Below, piece by piece: positions 37,548-49,559 of a DNA stretch of 64,000 nt. The notes beneath the pieces were generated by a model. That model saw only the letters and a program-made list of their open reading frames with translations, ran no database searches and was not told the DNA's origin. The position numbers were made by a program, and so were the translations under genes. Source of the stretch: Mustelus asterias (Eukaryota); NCBI RefSeq assembly GCF_964213995.1, contig NC_135809.1, positions 45,694,001 through 45,758,000 of the forward strand, written 5' to 3'. Position 1 is the stretch's first letter; each line of letters opens with the position of its first letter.

Positions 37548-38252
37548 ATGCAATCTTACGGCACCTGGTGCAAAAAATGAGCCAGGATGTGATTCTCGTC
37601 AGCAAGGCGGAGGGGCGAGGGGGAGGGTGGAGCCTGAACTCACCGGGGAAGCCGGCTGCCGAGCTCGAGGGGCACATTGTGCAGACGCCCTGATCTCTCA
37701 GTGTGCTAGGAGATCTCCTGTCATCCCACCCCTCACGGACCCTGCATATGGACATCAGGAACATCCTCCCGAAGGACATTGCCACACCTCCCCCCCCCCC
37801 CCCCCCACCCCCTCCCCCGGCAGAGTTCCCTCTTTCTCATCACTGTGGAGAACCCCCTTGTCTCCACCCCCACTGTCAGAGCTCCACCTCACTCTGACTC
37901 CACCATCTTGGCACTGTCCTGGCACAGTTTATGGTGCCCAATGGGCAGTGCCGGGGTTCCAGGTGGGCACTGCCAGGTTGGCATTGCCCCATGGCCACTG
38001 CCCAGCCCTGCCCCCAACCATCCGATGGTTTTAAAGGCCTCTGACCACCCCCCCAGCGGCAAGGCCATCACGTTTGGTCCCCGTTGGTGGGGAGCATATG
38101 TGATTATCACTGGATCGAAACGAGGCCAGCAAAACAGTGCCCGTCGATCGTGGGGAGGCGGGAAACCGAGCGGGAACCTGATCTTTCGCCTCCCACCGAC
38201 ATCAGCAGCTCACCTCGCCAAAAGTCAGGTGGGACGATGTCGCAAGATTGCA
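37548..38252. mobile_element. Probable MITE / non-autonomous DNA element
   Basis: Imperfect ends GCAATCTTACG / CGCAAGATTGC; GC-rich, non-coding. Confidence 0.5.
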
Positions 38253-39445
38253 GCGTGCGAAGCGTTTTGGGAACATTCTGCCTGCTGTGTGTAAATCAAC
38301 TTCTTTAACATTCCTCACCTGTATAACCATGCACGAACATTTAAAGGACCGACGCAACCAAACAAATCAGCTGCACCTAATAAAAATAAGAAAAACTTCT
38401 GAGGAATTACCTGCTTCCTCAGAGTTTATTGGAAAGGTCAACTGTTCATTGTAAACCTTCAGCCCATTCTCATCAGGACCCACTCCCCGCCCCCAATCCC
38501 ACCTCCCCCCACAAATCACCCCCCCCGCGCGCCCCCCCCCCCCCCCCCCAACCCCCCACCCGTGCAACGTTTGGAGAAAAACCTCTCTTTTATGTTTTGG
38601 AGGAAGGGTTCCTTTAAGAACTAGATTTCTCTGAAAGATTTCTTGTAAAGCCTCTGGATTCCAAGAACTAATCATGTGGCCAAACTGCCTGAGAGATAAT
38701 CAATAGAAAAAGAGTCAACAGGAACTTGATTATTGGAATGAGTCCCTGTGTGTGACTCAGTGTTTGAGCAATTTCGGTTTAGTTCAAAACAATTTGCCTA
38801 CAAAAACAAGGAATATCTCTTGCTGCAGAATTCAGCTGGAATTCTGGGTACTAGCTAAAAGAGTTAAACCTGAAGGATTCCTCAGATTAAGTTGCATTTC
38901 TGGGAACAGTCAAGTGTGGAGGTAGCGAGAGTTCTCGATATGAGACTCCAGGGTTAAGAATATTAGAAGCAGGAGTTGTTCTGACCAGAGGGGGCTACAG
39001 TTAAGATGCTGATGACATGTGTTGCACGAGGAGTCTCATGGAGATTTGAAGGGAGAAACCTGGCTGGAGGTAAGTGGAGGACCCAAGAAATCTCAACCCC
39101 TACAGGAATCTTCGAAACAATACACAGACTAAGTGGCTAATCTTCCAATTTCTGTTATTCATTCATTCTATTCATTTGTGGGACATGGGCGTCGCTGGCT
39201 GGCCAGCATTTATTGCCCATCCCTAGTTGCCCTTGAGAAGGTGGTGGTGAGCCGCCTTCTTGAATCGCTGCAGTCCATGTGCTGTGGGTTGACCCACAAT
39301 GCCGTTCGGGAGGGAATTCCAAGATTTTGACCCAGCGACTGCAAAGGAATGGCAATATATTTCCAAGTCAAGATGGTGAGTGGCTTGGAGGGGAACTTGC
39401 AGATGGTGGTGTTCCCATGTATCTGCTGCCCTTGTCCTTCTAGAT

Positions 39446-40904
39446 CAGGGGTCTCCAAACTACGACCCGCAGGCCACATCCAGCCCGCAGCGGGCTAACA
39501 TCTAACAGTGGGGCGGGACAGGATTCCCGCTGCCGAAAACACTCCCGCGTCCGGAACCCCGCCCCTGACTCAGGATCCGGACGCGGGGACGGAAGCCACA
39601 GGCTGGACATTTGCTGCCGCTCCGCGCGGTGTCTGATGGACCCATGGGAATCCCCACCCTCTTTACTGGTCTATTGTCCAATCAGAGCTGCCGTCCTGTG
39701 ACTGACAGTTCATTAAACAAATCAGCAATTGAGACATCTGTTATCCAATTGCCGCTCTGCATTGATTGAGTGACAGCTGCTTTATCCAATCCGTAAGCTC
39801 CATCTGTCTGAAATGAGCGCGAACAATGACAATGATGGCGGCAATTCAGACCAATTCAGTTGTGGAAGGAAAAAAGAAAAGAAAAGTGGACAGTGAGTGC
39901 CACCTGTTTAATGAAGAATGGGATGTAAAGTACTTCTTTGTACAAGCAGGTGATAAAGCCTTGTGTGTCATCAGCAACGAAACTGTTGCAGTTTTGAAGG
40001 AGTACAATGTACGTCGGCACTATGAGACCAAACATGAACCAAGTTATTCCCAATTCACAGGAACACAGCGTTTGGAAAAATTTGAATCAATGCCACGCAG
40101 GTTGCTTTCCCAACAAGCTTTTTTTACACAGAAGATAACTGAAAATGAAGCTTTAACCAGGGCCAGTTACAAACTAACTTATGTGTTGGCTAAAAGAGGA
40201 AAGCCATTCACCGATGGAGATCTCATCAAAGAGTGTATAATGGAAGCAGTGGAAGAGTTATGCCCAGAAAAAGCAAATCTGTTCAAAATCATCAGTCTTG
40301 CGCCAAATACTGTTGCTCGTAGGATTGAGGATATAGGAAGCAATATATTTCATCAAATTGCAGACAAAGCAAGAAATTTTCAGTTGTATTCTCTCGCACT
40401 TGATGAATCGACTGATGTGTGTGACACATCACAACTCCTAGTATTCATCCGTGGCGTCGACAGTGAATTTAATGTGACACAAGAATTAGCATCAGTGCAT
40501 AGCATGCACAGCACAGTAACTGGAGAAGACATCTTCAAAGAATTGCAAAAAACTGTGTTAGAATATAGCCTGGAGTGGAATAAACTGCAATGCGTGACAA
40601 TTGATGGAGGAAAGAACATGTCTGGGATGAAGAAAGGTTTGGTTGGACAAATCACAAAAGCTTGTGAGGTTGGTGGATTCTCAAAGCCCATGTTTCTGCA
40701 TTGCATTATCCATCAACAAGCATTGTGCGGAAAATATGTGGATATGTCTTGCATTCTGAAACCTGTTGTTTCAACAGTGAATTTCATTCGATCTCACGGG
40801 CTTAATCATCACCAGTTCATTTATAAAACTAATTGTTTTTTGGCCCCTGAAAATGTGTAAAATACACGATGTGGCCCTTGTACTGAAAAGTTTGGAGACT
40901 CCTG
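39446..40904 (+). mobile_element. hAT (Charlie/Buster group) DNA transposon, internally deleted
   Basis: 16-bp TIRs CAGGGGTCTCCAAACT / AGTTTGGAGACTCCTG; 8-bp TSD TTCTAGAT / TTCTGGAT. Confidence 0.95.
39826..40860 (+). CDS. Truncated hAT transposase ORF (GTF2IRD2/EPM2AIP1-like), 344 aa
   Basis: KKRKVDSE NLS-like motif, BED-like finger (ALCVISNE..KEYNVRRHYETKH), ALDESTD, TIDG and HCIIHQQALC motifs. Homology ends after RSHGLNHHQF, so the catalytic Glu and dimerisation domain are lacking. Confidence 0.85.
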   Translation: MTMMAAIQTNSVVEGKKKRKVDSECHLFNEEWDVKYFFVQAGDKALCVISNETVAVLKEYNVRRHYETKHEPSYSQFTGTQRLEKFESMPRRLLSQQAFFTQKITENEALTRASYKLTYVLAKRGKPFTDGDLIKECIMEAVEELCPEKANLFKIISLAPNTVARRIEDIGSNIFHQIADKARNFQLYSLALDESTDVCDTSQLLVFIRGVDSEFNVTQELASVHSMHSTVTGEDIFKELQKTVLEYSLEWNKLQCVTIDGGKNMSGMKKGLVGQITKACEVGGFSKPMFLHCIIHQQALCGKYVDMSCILKPVVSTVNFIRSHGLNHHQFIYKTNCFLAPENV

Positions 40905-42490
40905 TTCTGGATGGAAGTGGTCGTGGGTTTGGAAGGTGCTGTCTAAGGATCACAGTTGAGTTTTGGGCTGCAAGTCAAATGGGTTTGGAAGGAAAGTTGA
41001 GCTCAGACGTTTGGTTTGAAGTATATGCATCTGTGTTCATTGAACTTTTAGTTTCTTTAACATGATTTATTATTTGAGGTAAAGTGTGTCGATATTAGTA
41101 TTCAAGTTCTTTGATTTTTGTGTAGTAAGATTCTTTTGGTTTAAGCCACAGCTTCATTCTTTTAGTAAATACCTGGGTGTTCCGACTCTAAAATCAAAAT
41201 AAATAAAACATGTTGCTGGCCTCTACCAGGATCATGGCATCATTTTTTCCCAAAGTCACCACTGCTTTAAATTCTTTGTGGCTTATTCAATCCAGGCAGT
41301 GTCCGGGGACCATTGCCACGTCTGTCAGATAGCTTCAAGCCAAGAGATGTAGAACATATAGGACACCAGAGACGTCCCTTAATCAAACTCTTCCCATTAT
41401 GAGTAAGAAACCTTTCCGTTCTGTTAAAGTCCAGCAAGTGTTCTGCACCAATCATTGTGTATTGTATCAATACCTTGTATTAAACAATAATCCAGAACAC
41501 CACCCTCATCATCCAGAATAGCTAACTGATGACTTCATCAGGCTTCTGTAAACAGAGCGGGGTCAACAGTGCAATGTGACCCACACTGCTAGTTTCAGGC
41601 TGCAGACCACAGGAATTTTCAAATCTCATTTCAGATACATGAGTAACTCTGATGGAGTTTGACAATACAGCCTGCCAGTGTCTCAAGGATCACTGCATGT
41701 CGCTTGGTGCTATCTGCATAATATTCCAATTCCCTCTAGAAGCTAAAGGTAACCACGGAGAGGGGGCCAGTTGGAATTCCTTCTTGACAGTGTGAGGAAG
41801 GTGCTCAAGGATTAAGGAAGGGAACTTGTAAACCATGATGTCCAGAAGCCAGAGACAGGATAATACGACTCCATGCTTTTCAATAAATAAAAGGCGTGCT
41901 TTATTAAATCAGCTCACACCTGCCTATCAGAAGCTAAGCTTAATAAGTCAGGGATGTTTTGCAATAGAGATCCTCCATGGGTTTAACAGCTTGGTGATGC
42001 TCATCAACAAGGATAACATTCATTTGTTTGAGATACAGAAAAACGAACTAGCACAAATAAAACCCTACCTTAGGAGGACTCAGCTCTTTTGTGAGAGGAA
42101 GAACGGCATTGTGGGTCAACCCACAGCATGTGGACTGCAATGATTCAAGAAGGCGCCTCACCACCATCTTCTCAAGGGCAACTAAGGATGGGCAATAAAT
42201 ATTGGCCAGCCAGAAACACCCATGTCCCACGAATGAATAAAAAAAATGTAAATAATGAGAAAAATAAGAATGACCCACATCTAATCATAGAAACATAGAA
42301 AAACTACAGCACAAACAGGCCCTTCGGCCCCACAAGTTGTGCCGAACACATCCCTACCTTCTAGGCCTACCTGTAACCCTCCATCCTATTAAGTCCCATG
42401 TACTCATCCAGGAGTCTCTTAAAAGTCCCTATTGAGTTAGAATTGAGTTATTCTATAGGGCTAAGGTTCAGACAGGGACTTGTAAAGATA

Positions 42491-42790
42491 AAGTTTAAAG
42501 TTTATTTATTAGTGTCACCAGAAGGCTTACATTAACATTGCAGTGTAGTTACTGTGAAAATCCCCTAGTCACTAAACTCCAGCGCCTGTTCGGGTACACT
42601 GAGGGAGAATTTAGCATGTCCAATGCACCTAACCAGCACGTCTTTCAGACTATGGGAGGAAACCGGAGAACCCAGAGGAAACCCACGCAGATACGAGGAG
42701 AGCGTGCAGATTCCGCACCGATAGTCAACCAAGCCGGGAATCAAACTCGGGTTCCTGGCGCTGTGAGGCATCAGTGCTAATCACTGTGCC
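42491..42790 (-). mobile_element. V-SINE variant (alternative tail)
   Basis: Reverse complement of the 32739 family. Confidence 0.85.
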
Positions 42791-42854
42791 AGATCTGGAG
42801 AAAAGGCACAGCTTCTCTTGAATGGAGACAGTTTATGACAAAGGAACAAGAAAA

Positions 42855-43262
42855 AATAAACTTGCATTGATCTAGCATGCTTCAGAATCTCAGGATGTCA
42901 CAAGCCAATAACGTATTTGTGACGTGTGGTCACTGTTGCCATAGAGACAATGCAACAGCCAATTGGCGAGTAAAAAACAGCAATCAAATGATGTCAGTTG
43001 CATGATAAATATTTGCAAAGACACCGAGGTGAACCTCCTACTCTTTTTCAAAATAATGTGATACGTTCTTTTACACCCACCTGAGGGAGCAGAGAGGCCT
43101 TGGTTAACATCTCATCAAAGTAACAGGATCTCAGACAGTGCAGCAATCCCTCAGCGCTGCACTGAAATTTCAGATAACATTTTATGCTGAAGTCGCTAGA
43201 GTGGGACTTGAACGCACAACTGTCTGACTTCGAAGAATGCTACCACTTAGTCATGGCTGATA
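42855..43262 (-). mobile_element. Deu-domain SINE, near full length
   Basis: B-box GTTCAAGTCCCACT, GGTGGGTGTAAAAG core and AATGCAAG tail on the minus strand. Confidence 0.75.
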
Positions 43263-45317
43263 CAGAAAGAAGAAGTAAAGTACAATAATCATGCTTATTC
43301 AAATCGATTATTTGGTTGTAATAAGTGCAGTGTGATTGAGCTATCAATATGTGTTTCCAGCAGTTTGAAGGTACTAAAATACGATATCTATCAAGTCAAT
43401 GGTAACATCCGTGGGCAGGAAGAAGATTCTGCAGTGAAGTATTTGTTTAGTTTTTACTATAATTGCGATAACAAAGACCAGCTGCTAAGAACAAAGATCG
43501 TTCAACACCAATCATTTGCCTTTCAATTCATTCTGAAAGAAATGATTTCAGGCAGTCCTCGTCTAGTTCTGAGTGGTGCAATGTTGCAGTATAAGCCACT
43601 TATCCTTCGATCACTCAGGTTCCCCTGGGATATATAAAACAGCAAGTACTGCATTCGGGGCAGTCCTGGTCAAGTTGGGGATCTGGTGCATTGTCAGGAT
43701 AGTTTGGAGAGAATTTGACTGTGGAAATACCTTCTATTTCCACTGGCATCCCTCACTGCGATAGGCAGGATAAATCACACTACTATTCCCTATCTCAACA
43801 AACAATATAACGCTTGATGGAATCCACTATAGATAATAGGGAGCAGAGTTTCCAAAAAAGGTATTCCAATTTACTGGTATTTCTTTTAGGGAGGTAGAAG
43901 TTTGCAAGAACGCCCATGGAAATTCTGGGAGAGGCACTAGGTTCACAAGAATCCAATAAATTACAGAGGTTTCTGCTGGAATCGGCTTCCCCAAAACAGC
44001 TTCAGTGCTTTTACAGTTTGGACTGCACTCACTCATCTCAAATTCATTTAAGGAAAGAAAGTAAGAGAAACATTTAGGTCACGGATTGAGCTCACATCGA
44101 GATATACACAAGAATCTGAACTTGTGACTTGTCTGCTGACACATCATAATCTTTGCAGACAGTTCCTCTTTTAGTTCACTCACACAATCCATCTCTTGGT
44201 TTAGTAAAACACTAACGTGCTCTTCTGGCCAACTTCAGCTGGCTTTCCAGTTTCTCACAACTGTTGTGGAGGTTATTCTGATCGGGATCAAATTTGTTGC
44301 TTATTTCACTCTTTACCAAAGGATGTGGAATAGACCACAAACAAAATACTGCAGATGTTGGAAATCTGAACTAGAAACAGGTCAGGCAACACTGGTGGAA
44401 AAAGTCATTGATTCAGGTGTATCTCTCTACAAAAACAGCTCCATGGTTCCGAAACCGTGGCGCCATTTTGTCATAATGGTGAGAAAGCCAGAATGATCGG
44501 ATCGGACCTGAGTCATATTTTGGGAGAGTGTTGAGGTTAAACATGCCGGTGAGCCCAATTGCAAAGTGATTGTGCGCTGTTTTGAAAGGGCGCCCTGATC
44601 TCACAATGCAATGGAAGACCCCCCCTCCCACAGACATCAGAACCCCTCCCCACCCCATCAGCAGCATGTTTCCTCACCCCCTCCCCGGTTGCTGGCTTTG
44701 GGGCATTGGGGCCCTCCCAAGGGTCCCCCTGAATGGCTCCTGACATAGCCCCGCTTCATGCCCCGCCCCTTCACGACTCCCCGTCATAGCCTCCCATGCA
44801 CAGCCCCCCCATACCCCCACTCAAGCCCCACCCATAAAGGGAGTGTGTGTGCATGTTGTGCAAAGGACACCCCCTGCAGACTCTGACACCCCTCATCCTG
44901 ATCTCCCTGCTCCCACCTGCCTGCCCATGCCAACTGCTTTACGGCATTTACAGCATGAAATGTGGGTTAATTGGCTCAGTTATCCATTAACTACTTATTG
45001 AAAAATGGTGGGGGGAGCTGCGAACGTTGGCACCCACCCATATCATGGGCAGAGATTGTGGGAAGGTGGTGGGTTTGCCACCCCTCATATTTTACGCACA
45101 CACATCCACCCCTCCACTGAAAACACGTGGCCAGGAGAGGGACGGGCATAAACTTCAGCCCATTGAATAGAAAAGTAATAAATTCCTGTAATTTACCCCT
45201 GATCATGAGGCTTTAGGATAAGGAGAGGAAACAACTAATCCAGATAAACTTCCTGTAGCAACTGTATCAATATCCTGTGGGGGCTACCATTGATCAGATA
45301 CTGAACTGGGCTGGTCG

Positions 45318-45858
45318 AGATGGAGTACAGGAAAGAGATAGAGAATCTGGTGAAATGGTGCAATGACTATAATCTCTCCATCAACATCAGTTAAAGGAAG
45401 GAGATGGTCATCGAATTCAGGAAACATAGTGGAGGACATGGCCCTGTCTACATCAACAGTGATGAAGTGGAAACGATGGAAAGCTTCAAGTTTCTAGGTG
45501 TTCAGATCACCAACAATCTGTCCTGGTCCCGCCATGCCGACACTTTAGTTAAGAAGCCTACTGTGGTGAACCATAGATGGTTACCACTATGGGTACTTGT
45601 ACATATGTTACTCTTGTTACTGTTGGGGTTAGGGTTGGGGTGTTCCACCTGTTAGCATTGTTCTGTGGTACACTCCGTTTGGCTCCGCCTTCTTATAGGA
45701 GTATAAAGGTCACTGCCACTTCCTAGTGACCCTTAGTCTAGTATAGTATTGTTAAGCAGTATGCTCTATTCTTGTTGCGAATAAAAGCCTTTATTCCCGG
45801 GTACGATCTAGCCTCCCGAGTGGATTAATCGCGCATCATCTACTTTCTCAGGAGGATA
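45318..45858 (+). mobile_element. Rex1/Babar-like LINE RT fragment, split by a solo LTR
   Basis: YRKEIENLVKWCNDYNL..KEMVIEFRK..ESFKFLGVQITNNLSW peptide. Confidence 0.85.
45562..45838 (+). mobile_element. Solo LTR (277 bp)
   Basis: TGTGGTG...GCATCA termini, TATAAA and AATAAA motifs, flanks CCTAC/TCTAC. Confidence 0.8.
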
Positions 45859-46547
45859 GCAGCAGTGTGTACCCTTTACAACATGCACTTCAAGAACTCA
45901 CTAAGGCTCCTTATAGAGCATCTTCCAAACCCATGACCACTACCATCTAGAAGGACAACAGCAGCACGTGGCCAGGAGAGGGGCAGACATAAACCTGGGA
46001 ACACCACCACCTGAAAGTTCCCTTCCAAGCCTCTCACCATCCTGACTTGGACATAAATCACTGTTCCTTTACTGTCACTGAGTCAAAATCCTGGAACTCC
46101 CTTCCTCACAGCACTGTGGGTGGACCTACACCTCAGGGACTGCTGCGGTTCAAGAAGGCAGCTCACCTGCATCTTCTGAAGGGCAATTCGGGATGGCCTA
46201 GCCAGTGAGTCCACATCCCTTCAAAAAGTTTCTAATTGCTCCTGGGCATCCCTATTTGAGCCACTTCCCTGCAAAAAGCACTTTAAAAGTAACCTCAAGG
46301 GACAGTTAAAGACAGAAACTAAATATTGCAACTACACTTCAGACTGCCAATGACCATGTATAATAGAATGATTTTAAACAGTCCACTTTCGCAAAGGGAG
46401 GGAATATTACACAAGGATCTATACTTCTGCGAAAAGTTGTGGATTATGATGGTTCTGAATAATAATATTTGAATAAAAAAGGTTAAGTTCAGCTGTGGTT
46501 ACAGATACATTCAAAAATCAGACAAGTTTACACTGGATGTTTTATAT

Positions 46548-46841
46548 AAGTTTAAAGTTTATTTATTAGTGTCATAACTAGGCCTACATTAACATTGCAA
46601 TGAAATTACTGTGAAAATCCCCTAGTTGCCACACTTTGGCGCCGATTCAGGTACACTGAGGGAGAATTTAGCATAGCCAATGCACCTAACCAGCACGTCT
46701 TTCAGACTGTGGGAGGAAACCCACGCAGGCACGGGGAGAATGTGCAGACTCCACACAGGCAGTGACCCAAGCTGGGAATCGAACCTCGGCCCCTGGCACT
46801 GTGAGGCAGCAGTGCTAACCACTGTGTGACACTGTGCCGCC
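46548..46841 (-). mobile_element. V-SINE variant (alternative tail)
   Basis: Same family as 32739 and 42491. Confidence 0.85.
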
Positions 46842-47329
46842 AGACAACTATTGCTCTTAATTCAGCTGCAAATGTCTCCCAATACCTGACCCACACATCA
46901 GTTCAATATTTTAAAATATGTTGGTTCAACAGAAATCGAAATAACTTGTAAACACAGCTACTTTGGTTACGACACACTGGGAGCTAGAGGCTGAAAATGG
47001 GTATGGGGATTCCATCACATGATTCACTCATGACTGGAATATGGAAATATAATGGATTTCTTCGTGTAGCCAGCACTGACCACACTGCTGATTGGATGCA
47101 TGCAGCAAGTGGCAAAATGTCAATACTTTCAATACTAGTGAAAGCTGTGCTACACCTCCTAAAAAGGGAGATGCATTCCGGCTGGAGTAAGTGTTGGGAG
47201 TCGTACCGGAGGTGAAGGTGTTCCCTGAACCAACAAGGTTTGGCACTACATGCAGCAGAAAGTGGCCTCCAAGTTTTCAGACACTTGGAGGTCTTGGTGG
47301 AGGAGGTGGAAAGGAGGAGAGATGCCCTG

Positions 47330-48708
47330 TGTGGTAAACCACTGTTAGCTTATTGCCTGTGTGTGTGACATGCCTGGACTCGTCCCTGCTGGCCCTGCCC
47401 GGGACTCCTCCCCCTCCTGGTCCAGGCATAAAGAACATAAGAAATAGGAGCAGGAGTAGGCCATCTAGCCCCTCGAGCCTGCCCCGCCATTCAATAAGAT
47501 CATGGCTGATCTGAAGTGGATCAGTTCCACTTACCCGCCTGATCCCTATAACCCCTAATTCCCTTACCGATCAGGAATCCATCTATCCGTGATTTAAACA
47601 TATTCAATTAGGTAGCCTCCACCACTAGAATGCAAGACTGGGCGGAGAAGTGGCAGATGGACTTCAACCCGGATAAGTGTGTGGTGATCCATTTTGGCAG
47701 ATCCAATGGGATGAAGCAGCAATATAATATGAAGGGTACCATTCTTAGCAGTGTAGAGGATCAGAAGGACCTTGGGGTCCGGGTCCATAGGACTCTTAAA
47801 TCGGCCTCGCAGGTGGAGGATGCGGTCAAGAAGGCGTACGGCGTACTAGCCTTCATTAATCGAGGGATTGAGTTTAGGAGTCGGGAGATAATGCTGCAGC
47901 TTTATAGGACCCTGGTTAGACCCCACTTGGAGTACTGCGCGCAGTTCTGGTCACCTCATTACAGGAAAGATGTTGAAGCCATTGAAAGGGTGCAGAGGAG
48001 ATTTACAAGGATGTTGCCTGGATTGGGGGGCATGCCTTATGAGGATAGGTTGAGGGAGCTTGGTCTCTTCTCCCTGGAGAGACGAAGGATGAGAGGTGAC
48101 CTGATAGAGGTTTACAAGATGTTGAGAGGTCTGGATAGGGTAGACTCTCAGAGGCTATTTCCAAGGGCTGAAATGGTTGCTACGAGAGGACACAGGTTTA
48201 AGGTGCTGGGGGGTAGGTACAGAGGAGATGTCAGGGGTAAGTTTTTCACTCAGAGGGTGGTGGGTGAGTGGAATCGGCTGACGTCGGTGGTGGTGGAGGC
48301 AAACTCGTTGGGGTCTTTTAAGAGACTTCTGGATGAGTACATGGGATTTAATGGGATTGAGGGCTATAGATAGGCCTAGAGGTGGGGATGTGATCGGCGC
48401 AACCTGTGGGCCGAAGGGCCTGTTTGTGCTGTGGCTTTCTATGTTCTATGTTCTTTCTACTTCAGTGGGCAGAGAATTCCAGAGATTCACCACCCTCTGA
48501 GAGAAGAAGTTCCTCCTCAACTCTGTCCTAAACTGACCCCCCTTTATTTTGAGGCTGTGCCCTCTAGTTCTATTAAAGGCGACTGCTCCCCACCCCATGC
48601 CTCAGTCTGGACCAGTTCATCGACATGGGTGTGCTCCAAGTCTTTTCCTAATAAAAGCCCATTTGTTCTTGCATACAAACTAGTCTTTGCTTGATTGATG
48701 GTGCATCG
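47330..48708 (+). mobile_element. Solo LTR with 5-bp TSD, split by CR1 insertions
   Basis: TGTGGTAAACC...GGTGCATCG termini; CCCTG at 47325-47329 and 48709-48713; ends resemble the 45562 LTR. Confidence 0.8.
47627..48458 (+). mobile_element. Young 5'-truncated CR1 LINE (open 247-aa ORF2 C-terminus), inside a minus-strand CR1 3' end (47430-47626 and 48459-48571)
   Basis: WAEKWQMDFNPDKC..LVRPHLEYCAQFWSPHY..FSLERRRMRGDLIEVYK; TTCTATG tail; ACT duplicated at the junctions. Confidence 0.93.
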
Positions 48709-49559
48709 CCCTGTACCTGCAAGTGAACAGGAGGCCCTTTAAATACATGGTCAAAATACAATGGGAGCAGATAGCTGTGCGGTCAATTGCAGTACCGCAA
48801 GTAGTTCAATGACCTCACATGAGTGGTTAAGGGTCAGTGAATGTAACCTGAACTGTGATATTCTATCATCTGAACCTCTAGCCTCAGATACTGCGTAATC
48901 CACCACACCCTTTCCGCTCACCTACCAACATTCGGGACACACGTAATATTCATATGCTCCAGCGCACCCTCACACGCTCAGCACTGCTGCAAGCTTCCCA
49001 CCCACAACCCACAGTTTGCACCCACTGTTAGCTATTCAAACATATCTGCATCACTCAAACAAATTGCATGATACTCACTAACACACTTTCTTCCCTCTTT
49101 CTTACAGGAGAAGATGGTGTACAAGTAGAAGCAGCAGAAAGTAACCAGAGGAGGTCTGATGTGCCTCCAAATCCCAACCTCCATGAAGAGACCAGCTGGC
49201 TGTTACTGGAACACAGTCAGCGTTGATGATAAGGGTATCCTCCTCATGTCTAATCCTGCAGATGGTGGAATATGAACTTCTTTCCCCCCCTCACCCTCTC
49301 ACCCTCGCTTTACCATTTCCCATTTTTACTTTCAGATATTCAAGGAGCTGTAACCTGGTCAGGCAGTGGCGGAACAGCAAGGAGACAGTGATGATGAAGA
49401 TATAGCACTGTCACTTGACTCCACACTCACAGCTACCAGCTCAGACACTGACATTGCATTTAGGCTAGATTAGCGGTGGAATCTTCACATGCTCAGATAA
49501 GTGTGCAGTGCAGCCAAGATAGGGGCAGCAAGAGCCCAGCTGTCAGACTTTCAATGTCC

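Larger units (their letters stand above)
39155..40950 (-). mobile_element. Zenon/CR1-like LINE 3' UTR fragment hosting the hAT insertion
   Basis: The sequence CCCTTGTCCTTCTAGAT|GGAAGTGGTCGTGGGTTTGGAAGG is continuous once 39446-40904 and one TSD copy are removed. Confidence 0.8.

Noticed and set aside
38560-39140. Possible long LTR continuing at about 40950-41240
   Set aside because: Composition is suggestive, but I could not define TG...CA termini or a TSD.
39826-40860. Host gene GTF2IRD2 or EPM2AIP1
   Set aside because: It lies between TIRs with a TSD, inside a LINE fragment, and is truncated, so it is a transposon rather than a domesticated gene.
47630-48373. 247-aa ORF as a cellular gene
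   Set aside because: It is the CR1 ORF2 C-terminus with its 3' UTR, from a 5'-truncated retrocopy.
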